64,000 bases of DNA from Tubulanus polymorphus (taxonomy: Eukaryota > Animalia > Nemertea): the NCBI RefSeq assembly GCF_964204645.1, contig NC_134026.1, forward strand, positions 6,471,950 through 6,535,949. The letters run 5' to 3'. The notes beneath the pieces are model-generated. The model worked only from the letters and a program-made list of their open reading frames with translations, ran no database searches and had not been told where the DNA came from. Shown in pieces: positions 11,914-24,097 of the stretch. Every line of letters starts with the position of its first letter. Position 1 is the first letter of the stretch. The position numbers were made by a program, and so were the translations under genes.

Positions 11914-14835
11914 ATGATGGATGATTTTATTAGAAGCCTTTTTATGAGTGGACATCAATACTCCGATATTGTTAATCTAATCTACCTTGATTGTGGTCGA
12001 ACAATGAGGTAAGTTATAATTTCCATATACACGTAAGAATCAATCACAGTATTGAACGGAACGGCGCTATTGCATGTTTGTCTACCACCCCATCACGACC
12101 TAATACAAATTAATGTGGATTGTTGTGACTCCATGGTTGTATGGACAGGGGTTTCACTGTTGCCTAGGCCTCATACCCGACAGCTTTTTCACGGTCATAT
12201 AGTGTAACTTTTATCAAGTGATAGCATCATAGGTGCGCACGAGGGGGTTATTGCAGTTTTCGCTTATTGTTTCATGGATTACATGTTAATTTTTAAAACT
12301 AAGAGTAGTTTATCATTCGATCACTCACTCATGACAACATTCATATATTTCTCAATGTTTCAGTGTGCGTCAATTAAAGCGCCATCTGAAAAGAATGGGC
12401 TTGAAGAGGAATAAAAATTATAGTTTGGAAGACGTCTTTCATGCAGTTTCGGTAAAGATTCTTACACAATTTCTTCATTACCGCCTTCTTTTCTTCTGAT
12501 AATATATTTGAGAAACAATGGATTTTACGCACTAAACCTCCTGCCAAGAACTTGAAATCAAAATTAATCGAGAAATCAAAATAGAATCGAACACAAAATG
12601 CAGTATGAATATAATCAAAGTAAAATAAAGAGGAGAAAATTCATTGAACTAGTAATTATCTCATTATCATTCGATATTTTAGAGTGAATTGAGTGGCAGC
12701 GGCTCTTGTTTAGGTTATAGGAGCATGACGGACAGGCTGCGTCATCGATATGGTATCAAAACTCCGAGGTGAGTTTTCCGGAGGCGTAGAGGTCTGTCGT
12801 CCTAGAATATATAGGCCTACATGAAATCTTGGTCGATATGTACCCTTATCGAGAATGCATATATTCTATTTTCAAGGAGTCTGGTAGCTAGGGTTCTTCG
12901 GGAACTAGATGAGGAAGGAGTTGCAGATCGTTCGAATGGAGTTTTGAGACGTCGTCGATATTCGAACAAAGGACCCAATTACCTTATACATGTTGATGGA
13001 TACGATAAACTAAAGCCTTATGGGTTTTGTATTCACGGGGCTATGGATGGGTAAGAAATTATAGATTTCACTGATTCAAGATTTATCAGCACTGAACGGT
13101 GGCCCGACACCGCCCGGGCTCTTCGTCCGTTAGGACAAGTTACGGTGGATGTTATATATAACATTGTAACCACCTGTTTGTTTCTATTGTTCAGATTTGT
13201 TTGTTTTTTTAATCTCTGTGTTTTATTTTATTGACATATCTGTCTCATGTAATATCGGTAATTATAAGGACGCAATAAATTTGGAATTGAATTGAATTGA
13301 ATTGGTGGGATTCGAACCCATCCTAATTTAAATCCTCGAGCAATGACAGAAGTAACCTCTCACAGTTCTATCAAAACTAAAGTAAACTTAAGTTTCTGCT
13401 ATAGGCCTATTTTCTAAGATTTTGGGTAGTAGACACAAACTATTACTGTGGTATATGAACGGTCACAATGACAAGCTAGGATGGAAACAAGAATATATGC
13501 CACAGACCACAATTCAGGGGGCATTTTCATATATTTTTAGGTTTTCAAGGAGAATCCTGTGGTTGAAGGTTGCCAGTACGAATAATGATCCATCGGTCAT
13601 TGGGTATTACTTCACTGATTACATCAAACAAATTGCAGGTTAGAGAAAATGATGTTATTTTCCGTTAAATTTAGATGTAAGTAATTAACGGCACCGTACG
13701 AATATACAATAATAGGCCTACAGTATATTTATCACCAAAAAAATCACTAACTTCTATGACAAAAATCGATTACAAGCTTTGACATACAATATTTTAGTGG
13801 TATGAACCATCCATTGATCTTTTGCAGGTGTCCCTCGGTGCATACGAATCGACGCCGGAACTGAAAATGTTCTACTCTGTGAAATACAGCGATCCTTTCG
13901 GGCCGATGACAATGACGACATGGCTGGAGATATGAGCGTCTTGATCGGTAAATCAACCAGCAACCAGGTGTGCAATGTATAACCTTGGCTAAATTTGTTT
14001 GGAAGCGGATCTTGAAGATGGCAATGCGGTATATCAAATAAATATTTCAAAATTGTGTAATATATTTTTTCAGAGGATCGAACGATTTTGGCGAACACTA
14101 CGAAACTCCGTTGGCCAATTCTGGATGAATATGTTTAAGGACATGAGTGACACTGGCATTTTTTCCAATGCAGATGCTGTTCATGTGTAGGTTGACTTCT
14201 GTCTTAGATTCAATTTTTGTGGAATTTTGTTATATTAGGATGAATATAAAGTAATATGGAAACAATCTTTTTTCTTTTAGTGAAACGATACGATTTTGTT
14301 TCCACCAACTTATAGAACAAGATCTTGAAGACTTCCGCAATGAATGGAATAGTCACAGAATAAGGCGTCAAAGAAATTGTGATGTACCATGTTCTAAACC
14401 GGATCTTTTATATTTTGCACCAGAATTATTTGGTATGTACACAAGACAGCCCATACGTACAAAATGTGAAATCTTAAAGTCAGATGATGAGATTGGAATT
14501 GAAATGTTACTATATAGCATGATTATCCAAAAATTGCATCTAGCGTAACGAGGCCTGTGTACTGTACAGCAGCTTACAGATATTTTGTGATAACAATTAC
14601 TTTTGTTTTGAATTTCAATTCCATTTTAGGTACTACTGATCATAAAATTGAAATCAATTATGAAGACGTCATCGATGTTCAAGCTGAATTCTGCAAACAG
14701 CCAAACGATCGTGGTAGCAGTGAACCTGTTTTTCCAACAATGTGTGACAATATCATGGCTGTTAATGGATTTTCACTGCCGCAGTCTGCTGATGAAGCCT
14801 ACGATTTGTACATTCAACTATTGGGCCAATTTTAA
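11914..14835 (+). CDS. IS3-type (integrase-core) DDE transposase, 9 exons, 383 aa, apparently intact
   Basis: Exons 11914-12008, 12364-12451, 12683-12768, 12877-13050, 13541-13638, 13828-13967, 14074-14186, 14281-14432, 14630-14835. All introns are GT-AG, phases are compatible, and the total is 1152 nt with no internal stop. Motifs: N-terminal helical SVRQLKRHLKRMGL and LGYRSMTDRL; GPNYLIHVDGYDKLKPYGFCIHGAMDGFSRRILWL (D1); VPRCIRIDAGTEN (D2); STSNQRIERFWR (E); EWNSHRIR. Confidence 0.9.
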
Positions 14836-15130
14836 TTTTTAAAACGACACCCTTCATATCGCCAAGATTGAAAACACAAGCTTTCTTTTGCATTGTACAT
14901 GTAGTCTTTACTTATTTCCAACAAATAGAATGTATGCTGTAATACAAATTAAAGTATGCCATAATTTTTAATACACGTAATCATTTTTCATTCTTCATGA
15001 AACTAGTGGAAGCATTATGTGGTCATTTAACAACATTCATAACAAGATTCATTGCGAGTTAGCCAAGTCAGCATAAACCTCGAAATACTTTTTAACCCAC
15101 TTATTAGCCCATTGTTCTATAAAGAAATAG

Positions 15131-15170
15131 CTGTGTTGTGACCTTTTGGAACAAAAAGGTCACAACACAG
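15131..15170. repeat. Perfect 17-bp-stem hairpin
   Basis: CTGTGTTGTGACCTTTT-ggaaca-AAAAGGTCACAACACAG. Confidence 0.8.
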
Positions 15171-15524
15171 TTATCTCATTTTAGGATTCTCCTGCATCGT
15201 TTGTTATATGATATAACATTAAACTTTGATTTAACCATTTTTTGGATCGGGTAGTTTTGAATGGTTTTTTGAGAAAAAATCAACACGTCTTTGGTCTCGA
15301 TTTTTAATAATTGTTGGTACTGTCATAGGACATCTCACATCGAATTGGGTTCACCCAGTGTATCTGTCTTACCACCAGGAGAGTTGATTATCCCAGGACA
15401 CTTCTGTAGTATGAGGTAAAAGCAACGAAAGAAATACACGACGTATCAGAAGATTTACGAGTACAACGACTTATAAGTGTATCATGTTATCCTTTATTTG
15501 CCCAATAATATACACTAAACTACT

Positions 15525-15846
15525 TGACAAGTTTATGTTCTGCTATCTACAGATACAAGAGAACATTAAGTCAGTGTCTTACATGCATTCACGCATCAGA
15601 TATATATTGACAAATCCTAACAATACGGATTAAGCGGGTTCGATTCTTAACAACTCAAACTCAAAACTATAATATCACAGCCGATATGAACTAAACGAAT
15701 TGACAGGTTAATGTTCTGCTGTCTACAGATACATAGAACTGTCTTACCATGCATTCACGCATCAGATATTGACAAATCCTAACAATACGGATTAAGCGGG
15801 TTCGATTCTTAACTCAAACTCAAAACTATAATATCACAGCTGATAT
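15525..15846. repeat. Tandem duplication of about 150-175 bp inside the transposon
   Basis: Two near-identical blocks (about 15525-15687 and 15700-15846) share CATGCATTCACGCATCAGATAT...GACAAATCCTAACAATACGGATTAAGCGGGTTCGATTCTTAAC...CAAAACTATAATATCACAGC. Confidence 0.85.
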
Positions 15847-16616
15847 ATCATAAACTAAAACATCTACATGCATGAACAACTATGCAAAAGGAAAGATGAA
15901 CACTAAAACAGTGTATGTCAATTAAAGTACAAGATGGATGTTATATCATGCCATAGACAGTAACTAGGGGTCCAGAGACGCCATGCCCACTTGGGAAGTG
16001 CTTTGAAGTGCTCGACAATCTAACAATTTCAAACATGTTGATATCTTTCTCAAAAAAGGTCACATGACGGCCAGGATTGCGTAAAAATTTGATTTAATAT
16101 ATGAATGGATCAACTAGTACAATAATTTAGTGAAATAGATAACGGTTTTTGAGTCCATATGGCGAAATCCGATAGACTACAATTGCTGACTATAACTTTT
16201 TTCACTCCCTTCAGGCCCCTGTCAAAAATTTACTGTTTGTATGATGTTCTATCCATGTATTTATCCAGGAATTATTCTATCCAGGAATTATTAATTGATG
16301 TCGAAATATATCTACAAATAGCTCTAATACTCCATTTTGTATAACCTCCCAAAAAGACCGCCATTTTCTTTTTCAAATGAAGATAGACTGACCGAATGAC
16401 TGAGAAAAATTATATTGATTCAGCAAATTTTTACAAAATCCTTGTTTAGGTTTATTCTTTTAAATGAAATGCAAATTATCACTATTATGAACTTGTATCA
16501 TGCAGATTGAAGAGCAGTTCCTTGATTGTTCAATGCATTATTATTAAATTTGATTGCTTGTAAATTCTCCGGACGAACGAAAAGTGAACGCAATAGCTGA
16601 ATAGCTCCCAAGTGAG

Positions 16617-17530
16617 CTAAAAACAATACATGTAATCCGATTTAACTACGCATCTGTAAAAAGTATGGCTAGCTCCTATAACTGCAAAGTCCATGTAACT
16701 TTTGAATTGTTCATATGTTGTATGTACAGGAATAGATAGTACGTTGCAACACGTATTCGCCGTTGGAAAGTTCTTCGTCGCATCACTGATTTCATCAGGG
16801 TGACGAAATTGGAGTTGAAGAGGTGGATCAAATCCGAGAATGGGAACCTGTTCCAAACCGGTGACAAACCGGAGAAAGTCAATCATTTGGTCTCCTAACA
16901 GAAAAGAATATAACAAGAATACAACATTTCCTCATTTTCATTTATAAATTTGGGTGTTTTAGTACGATATACCTTCAATGTCTGTCAGGTATTCTCGAAA
17001 CCATCCATACGATTTGTTTTCTAGAAGTCGACGGTTTGTACCAATTTCGTTCCACAGAATATTATCAAAACTAAATGCCGATAAAACATCCTCTGCCGTA
17101 AAAATTCTGTTTGCACCGGCACAGAACACATCTCTCAATAGATGTGGATATGCACCTACATAAAACAGGAGTCCATTTTCTTCCAATCCACTCTTAAACC
17201 TGCAATGACATTAGAAATGTTTGATTTGAATTAGCCATTCGATATTTCGATAGATGACCTTTTATGTAGCGCTTCAAATACAATGAGATATTACTTAAGC
17301 AAGGACGAGTGTCCATAAAACCCACAAGACATTCATTGAATTAAAGATACAGCCAATGGACACTTACTGTCTTAATGCTTCGCCTAAACGATGAACTGCC
17401 AGAAATACAGATAATGTTTTGATGAGTTTGTCCTTTTTTGAGAAATGTGCATAATTTATGCACCCAGCAACCGATATAACGTTTTCATACTTTGTCACTA
17501 ACCCATCAAAATCATCTGTAGTTGTACATT
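16617..17530 (-). pseudogene. HECT-domain E3 ubiquitin ligase (G2E3-like C-terminal part), 3 surviving exons, 5'-incomplete, carried by the transposon
   Basis: Phase-compatible GT-AG exons 17530-17368, 17199-16973 and 16894-16617 give ...ALRQFKSGLEENGLLFYVGAYPHLLRDVFC...YLTDIEGDQMIDFLRFVTGLEQVPILGFDPP...FPTANTCCNVLSIPVHTTYEQFKSYMDFAV. This matches the HECT C-lobe (FVTG...PxGF; PxAxTC catalytic Cys; LxLP-Y...F). Only about 220 aa are present and the start of the N-lobe is missing. Confidence 0.82.
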
Positions 17531-17933
17531 CTGAAATGTATAAAAACGATATAAAGATAAACATGCAGTACAGGGGCGGAGCCAGGATTTTCAAAAATGT
17601 GTCTTTTTTCACCAATACTACACAAACATTACTGAGTGAATCGGCTTAGACCCGGGTACATGACCTTTATCCACTGGGAAGTGATTAAAACCGTCTAACG
17701 ATCCATTGTTTAATGATATGTAAAAGTAGGCCTACACTAATGATTAATAGCCATATAACGATCAAGCAATTGAATCAAAAGTTTATATTTACATCTGTTT
17801 CTTGAGGATGATTAGCCATCTTCTGCGAGCGACCATGCAACAAGAGCGTGCTACCTCTATGAACATGGGGCACGGCACTCTTGTACGTAATGCGATCAGG
17901 ATCGATAAAAAATAATTCATTAAGCCTTTGTTG

Positions 17934-18518
17934 TTGCGCACGCGCAAAAACAAACATTCGTTTTTGCGCGCGCGCAAAAACAAAGATTTAGCGCGCAAAA
18001 ACGGATTATTTCGTTTTTGCGCGTTAAAAGTTTGTTTTTGCGCGGTAATATTTGTTTTTGCGCGCGCGCAAAAACAAACTTTCGTTTTTGCGCGCGCGCA
18101 AAAACAAAGATTTAGCGCGCAAAAACGGATTATTTCGTTTTTGCGCGTTAAAAGTTTGTTTTTGCGCGGTAATATTTGTTTTTGCGCGGGCGCAAAAACA
18201 AATATTCGTTTTTGCGCGCGCGCAAAAACGGATTATTTCGTTTTTGCGCGTTAAAAGTTTGTTTTTGCGCGGTAATATTTGTTTTTGCGCGCGCGCAAAA
18301 ACAAACTTTCGTTTTTGCGCGGGCGCAAAAACAAATATTCGTTTTTGCGCGCGCGCAAAAACAAAGATTTAGCGCGCAAAAACGGATTATTTCGTTTTTG
18401 CGCGTTAAAAGTTTGTTTTTGCGCGGTAATATTTGTTTTTGCGCGGTCATATTTGTTTTTGCGCGTTTTCGTGGAGGACGAAAAAAAAAATTTTACATGG
18501 CCCGAATCAGCCACCATA
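17934..18518. repeat. Right TIR arm (inverted copy of the left array, with different module order internally)
   Basis: Same GCGCAAAAAC modules in reverse orientation. The outer part of about 240 bp is near-identical to the left arm. Confidence 0.92.
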
Positions 18519-21500
18519 GGATTGGACTACTTGCCGCACGGAGAAATACAAATGTCAAATAGCGCTGAAAATGGCGGTAAGTCAACAGTCTTGGTCCCAG
18601 TGTTTAACTCGAATAGAGCAGTGGTTAGTATTAACAAAGCGAAACCACAGGAAACTTCAGGGAATCGCGTCCCAGACTGAAAGGAAATTGAGAGTGTCCT
18701 TAGAGAGCGGACGATACCGTTAAGGAAACCATAGACAACCTAGAACTGTAGAATTCACCGCGAGGAAGAGGCGATTTAAGAGCCGGGAGACGCAACTAAT
18801 GGAAATAAACATCGCACTTAGAGACGATCAGAAGCGAATAGACTGTGATTCGTGTCATACGCGGATAAATCTATTAGAACACGAGAGGAAAATACACAGA
18901 CTACACAGGTTTAATACCTAATACACTGTGAACAAACAGGAAATAATCAACGAGATAGAATCAGAAAACAGACCAGATTAAAGTCGTCTTTACGATGAGG
19001 AAGAAGGCACGAAGAGAACGTCTTCTTTAAATCGAGGATAAAGCGAGCTACGTACATACGTAATGGCTAGATTACATCCATCAGAATCACATTAATAACT
19101 CGGCTATTTCCGGTAGAAAATAAAACCAAACAGATATCACTGTCTCAGTAATAAGGCGATCAGAGAGAAACAAATAGAAAAATGATGAAATGCTTTCAGA
19201 TGACCAGGACACATCTGTTCTACATTTCCGTTCATCTTTTCCTTCTCACTGCGGTACTTAACTCGAGCGAGTGCTTTAAAAACTCCTCAAGACAAGCATC
19301 TTTATTCTTATGATCCCCGGAATTATGAATGCTATCAAAAATACATAAAGGGAAAAATATCGTAAATGCTGTTAAACTAATGGTTCAGCAATGTTTTTAA
19401 TAGGTGCACACCTTCTTAACGGGTTTTTCTCATACTTGTGTTAAGTACCTCCATCATCGCGATGCATTTTACTGCGTAACTGTGTTTACTGCTGCTAAGA
19501 CAAATAGTAACTTTACTATCGAAAACAAACATCATAATTCAAGATCGTATTGAATAACTTAATAGTTTATCCGTTAAACAACGATGGACTCGGAGTTCAT
19601 GATGCAACCTAACATCTTTATAAAGGTCTGTTACAGCATGGACTCTAAAACGAAGCGTTTTTCATGGTTACAGTTAAGTTTGAGAGAATAGCAAATTACT
19701 AAATTGCAGAAACTTATAGTCGGCGTGCCGAAGGTTCAAGAATGGGATATCCTGGCATGTTTTGTTAATGGTTGGTCCGATACATCAATCGATAGATCAG
19801 ATCCTGTAGGTAGTTTGTGAAAATATACCTGTTGCCTGTTGGGGTCCTCATTTCTTCACCTATAGGACGCGCTGAAGTTGCTATGGTTGATTACCATATT
19901 GCGGTTTTGTTTATGTCTTACTTCTTGAATAGAAATCATATAATACGATATCCAGCTTTAGACGGATACCTTTGTAGTATTTTATTGGAATTCATGTAGT
20001 TATTTTTGTATCTTATCTTTATGAATCGCTGATTTCTACATATCGACTAAACACCATACCAGTAGCGAATTCAGATTACTAATTAGGAATACATTTCACG
20101 CGAATGGGAATGCACTGGAAATTTTAATTTCACCTGCGAATTTTTCCTCTCGTCGCCTGCTTTCAAACGAGGAAAATGAAGATTGAATTACTAGACGATA
20201 AAATGATAAAAAGCGGTTTCATAGAACTCATTGCAATCAATGAAGTGTCATTAAATTGTAATTACATTGACGAACAGATATGCTACGTAGTGCTTTCCGC
20301 CTAAACACTTCAACAAGGTGTTTTTTTCAATAAGACATCGATATAACACAACGGTAGCTTTATTAATGGATAAATCTTGAAACCCAACGGAGTTTATTCT
20401 ATCACGTCGTTGTAACAAGTAGTTATGTGTTGAGGCCTCTCGATAAAGATATCGCTTTACATTAAACGGGTTTTGAAAAAAATCTCGATTTGTTTTATGG
20501 TTTGCATTGAATGGAAAATGGCCGTTAAATTCAATTTGACGTCGTTGATAGCAGTCGGTAATAGCGGAAATAACCATTACAGTACATCGGCTAAAACTCC
20601 ATAAAACACTTCAAATATCGAAATCTGATGAATTTCTATTTGTCTAATATGTTTCATGTCGTTTAATGTAGCATTCAACGTGTTTATGAAACGATCATTT
20701 GGGACTCGTTAGCGGGAAACGGGGATATAGCAAAATACACCAACAAGGAACCGCAACTCCCTTTTAACTGTAACGATTGCTGGGTTCGATTCCATAGTTC
20801 CCGCGGCAACAATTTTAATCTAGAGTTTAGACACTAGAAATATCTACTTTTCATTTTCAAATTTTGGTCCTTTAAAGGTCCTGTTAACATCTTACAGTCA
20901 ACATCATACAGACTACAATAGTTAATAATAAGTCCGTATTAGGTAAGTCATCTTTGGATCACATCTCAACTCTCGGTTTTGTGTACTGGGTCTAAAAGAT
21001 TTCGACCGACAGATTTAACTGACTCAATTTAACTCTGATTGGCTCTGAATCTTATCCCATTAGGAATGTCAGTAAGTTGGTTCTTTGAACCTGCGGTTTC
21101 TGATCAATTTGCTTTAGAAATCCTATCACGTCTTTCCCCGATACACGCAAACACACAAATATTTGTCTTTGAACCGACATTTGATTTAATAACCGCACGC
21201 GTTCTCAGCTTCAGTTTCGTAGCAATAAATACACTTTATCCCAATAGCACAAACACTCTTTGTAACATTTCCTGTACTGCACCGTGGAACGCTTCAAGGG
21301 TCACTATTCACACCTGTCGGGTTGGAGCTATTTTCAAAGTTTCTGCACTTCCTCAAAATGAAGTTTACTAAAACGAACCTATACTTTCTACAAATTCCGA
21401 TAGAAATAGATTTCTAACCCTGAAAAAAATCACGCGTAAATTCAGAAAAACGTATTGAACAAGGTATTCTATTTTACACGCGGGCGCTAGTCTATTTCAA

Positions 21501-23837
21501 CTCAACTCGGGGAAAACAGTACTATGAACGTCCAGTTAATGAAGACAAGGCCAAGGTCACATGTGACGTCACAACTCACTCGTAATTTTTTATCCGGCAA
21601 TACCCTGTACTAGCAACTTATACAAATATATAAATTAAAATTGGAAACTTCTTGATGTAAGATGTGCCCAATTATTCAAGTACGTATAGACCATTGAATA
21701 TGTGTAATGGATACGCGTAGGTGTATTTGCCAGGCGCGGAAGCCATGGTTCAGCAGAAGTTACGTGCTTGACTGCGGGGATTTAAAAACTATTGTTTTCA
21801 TGCAGCCATGGGAACGTCAGGAAACCGCTGTCAAGGGAGAGCCGAGCGAGAGCTCAATTTATTGAATATTATCTTCTATTTCGTTATTTGTCGTGCAATC
21901 ATTGTGCATTTCGCGTGTTGCACGAACTTTTATCAAATATTCAAACCCTTTTCCTCATCATGAACTATTCTGAACACAACTGACAGAAACAGCTTCACAA
22001 AATTCATACTAATAAACCTCCTGATCTTACTGATTTTCGTAGTAAAGTGGCCTTTGTTTCCTCGTTGAGTATGGCGAGTAATTTCCTCCCGTAAACGATA
22101 CTTTTAAGTAACTTTTTATGAGCTCGGTTTTTTACGCCGTTTAGAGGTTACAAATTAAGACAGTTGTCAATTGCTTGTTAACAACAGTTCCTCGCGGTTT
22201 AATGAGCGTAAAATCTAGTAAACTACGGAACTGACTTTAGTTTAGTAACTTGAGATTTCTCTTTCACAAACAACAACATGTTAGAACCTAACGAACTGTG
22301 CACTTTCCTTGAATTAGTGCATCCTTTAGGTTTAGCCCGCGCCGAGCTTTATTGAGGGATAGTTCTTTTTCACCGCGAAAAGGGGCAAATTCCTGTTGAA
22401 AATTGTCGGATCTTGTATAAGCCTATGATTTCATTTTCCAAAAAACGTGAAGCAAATTCTAAAAATATTGACCCGAATATTTTTCGACAATGACCTTATA
22501 TAGAGCACCGACGATTTTTGGGGATTCGTTCGCTACCCCGGAACCTCCCCATCGGCACGGGCCTGGATGGTAGCTTTTAAATTTGCGAATTGACTGCTGT
22601 ACTACATATCTTAGGAATAATTTTTGAAATATTCGATGAGACTGAACTATTTGAACGAACGAATCGACCATATCTATGTCGCTATAACGTGACGTCACTG
22701 TGGTTCGCAAATGAACGGATGACGTTAATCGCATGTTGTATCTCGTAGTTTATTTGTTCACTTATAGTTTTAATAGTCAAGAGAGTAATTAGTTAATGCA
22801 GAGGATGTGAAAGTTCACTGAGATTGAACTCTGATTCCAGAATTCACACGCAAAAACTGATTCTAACCGAATGGACACCGCAATAAACGAGTGTCACTGT
22901 CAGTGAATGTTGAATATTTAATGATTCAATAAACTACAGAATATCAATAACTACATTAACACTAGAACTGGTGGAAGAACCTAACATCATGAGTTCTGCT
23001 TTAAGATTCATACCAATATACATGAAACAGTTGTTCAGCTAATCAACACGAAATTAATCTAGTCAAGCAAAAATGAAATTATCTTAATTCATTTATAGTT
23101 CTATTCTTTTACCATTATTTGTATCAAATGACTTAGTTTCACTTTTCAATAGAACTTTTATTAAAATTCAGAACACAAATCGGCAGTTCTAAGCTGAGCC
23201 TGATTTAAAAAAAAGTTAATTCACTTCCAATTTGAACTGGAGAGTTATTTTCTAACTCATACGTCACTGGGAATCGGTTTCTTGTGTGGCATTCAAAAAG
23301 AAAATAACCTTCAGTGGTAATTACTCAAATGCTGACGCGTTTGACGGTGAATGTCAAGATGTAACGATATCATCCGTCAGAAAACTGTCATCATCGAGAA
23401 AATGCAGTTTCATAAAATATCCCGAATAGAGATTCCTGCGATTGGTCAAACACCGCTATTCGAAATATAAATCCTAGCAATTACACACATACCGTTACTT
23501 TAATCGAACATCGCCGAAATGATCGAAGATTACTTACAATATTGTGTCGTCGTGTTAAATCCGTTAAAGTTGTCCCCATAAGCTCAATTAAAACCGCGAT
23601 GGTAAGAGTGAGACGGGTAGAGAGAGGGTTGAGAGAGAGAGAGAGCTATCGGTGCTCCGTGTGTTACACCTCGCTCTAACGCTATGTCGCTCTCTCTGTC
23701 TGTCTGTTGCTTCCACTACTTCACTTCAATAGCGAATTATTATCATTTCCTCACAGCGCACGTGTTCCATAAACGCCTGTCGCCCTAAGTGCAATATATT
23801 TTCAATATAGTCTTTGCTGCGATATTTTACCGATATC

Positions 23838-24097
23838 GCGGTTCGGAGCAGCAACACTCGAAGTCATGAAACAAGACAGAAAAGTGACTGTTTCTGTGTC
23901 ATGTTACGTAGCAACAACACGCGTTGTCTTGAAACATGCCAGAAAAATGTTTCTGTTTCATGTTACGGAGCAGCAACACGTGCGATCATGAAACGTACCA
24001 GGAATGTGTTTCTGTTTCATGTTTCGGAGCAGCAACACGCGCGATCATGAAACATGCCAAAAAGTGTTTCTGTTTCACGTTTCGAAGCACCAACACA
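23838..24097. repeat. About 59-bp minisatellite, about 4.5 diverged copies
   Basis: Consensus approximately CATGTTTCGGAGCAGCAACACGCGCGATCATGAAACATGCCAGAAAAGTGTTTCTGTTT. Confidence 0.85.

Larger units (their letters stand above)
11166..18518 (+). mobile_element. IS3EU-like DNA transposon (7.35 kb) with long repetitive TIRs, a DDE transposase and HECT cargo
   Basis: TSD GGATTG at 11160-11165 and 18519-18524. Termini TATGGTGGCTGATTCGGGCCATGTAAAA... are inverted at the right end (...TTTTACATGGCCCGAATCAGCCACCATA). It contains an IS3/integrase-type transposase gene. TAY..RTA ends with a 6-bp TSD match the IS3EU superfamily as I recall it. Confidence 0.9.

Noticed and set aside
11126-11914. Multiple 92-149-aa ORFs (FLRARKNK...) and their mirror set at 17775-18680
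   Set aside because: Translations of the TIR repeat arrays, not proteins.
13160-13320. AATAAA plus (AATTG)n tail in transposase intron 4, like a LINE 3' end
   Set aside because: No RT remnant or TSD identifiable; too weak to annotate.
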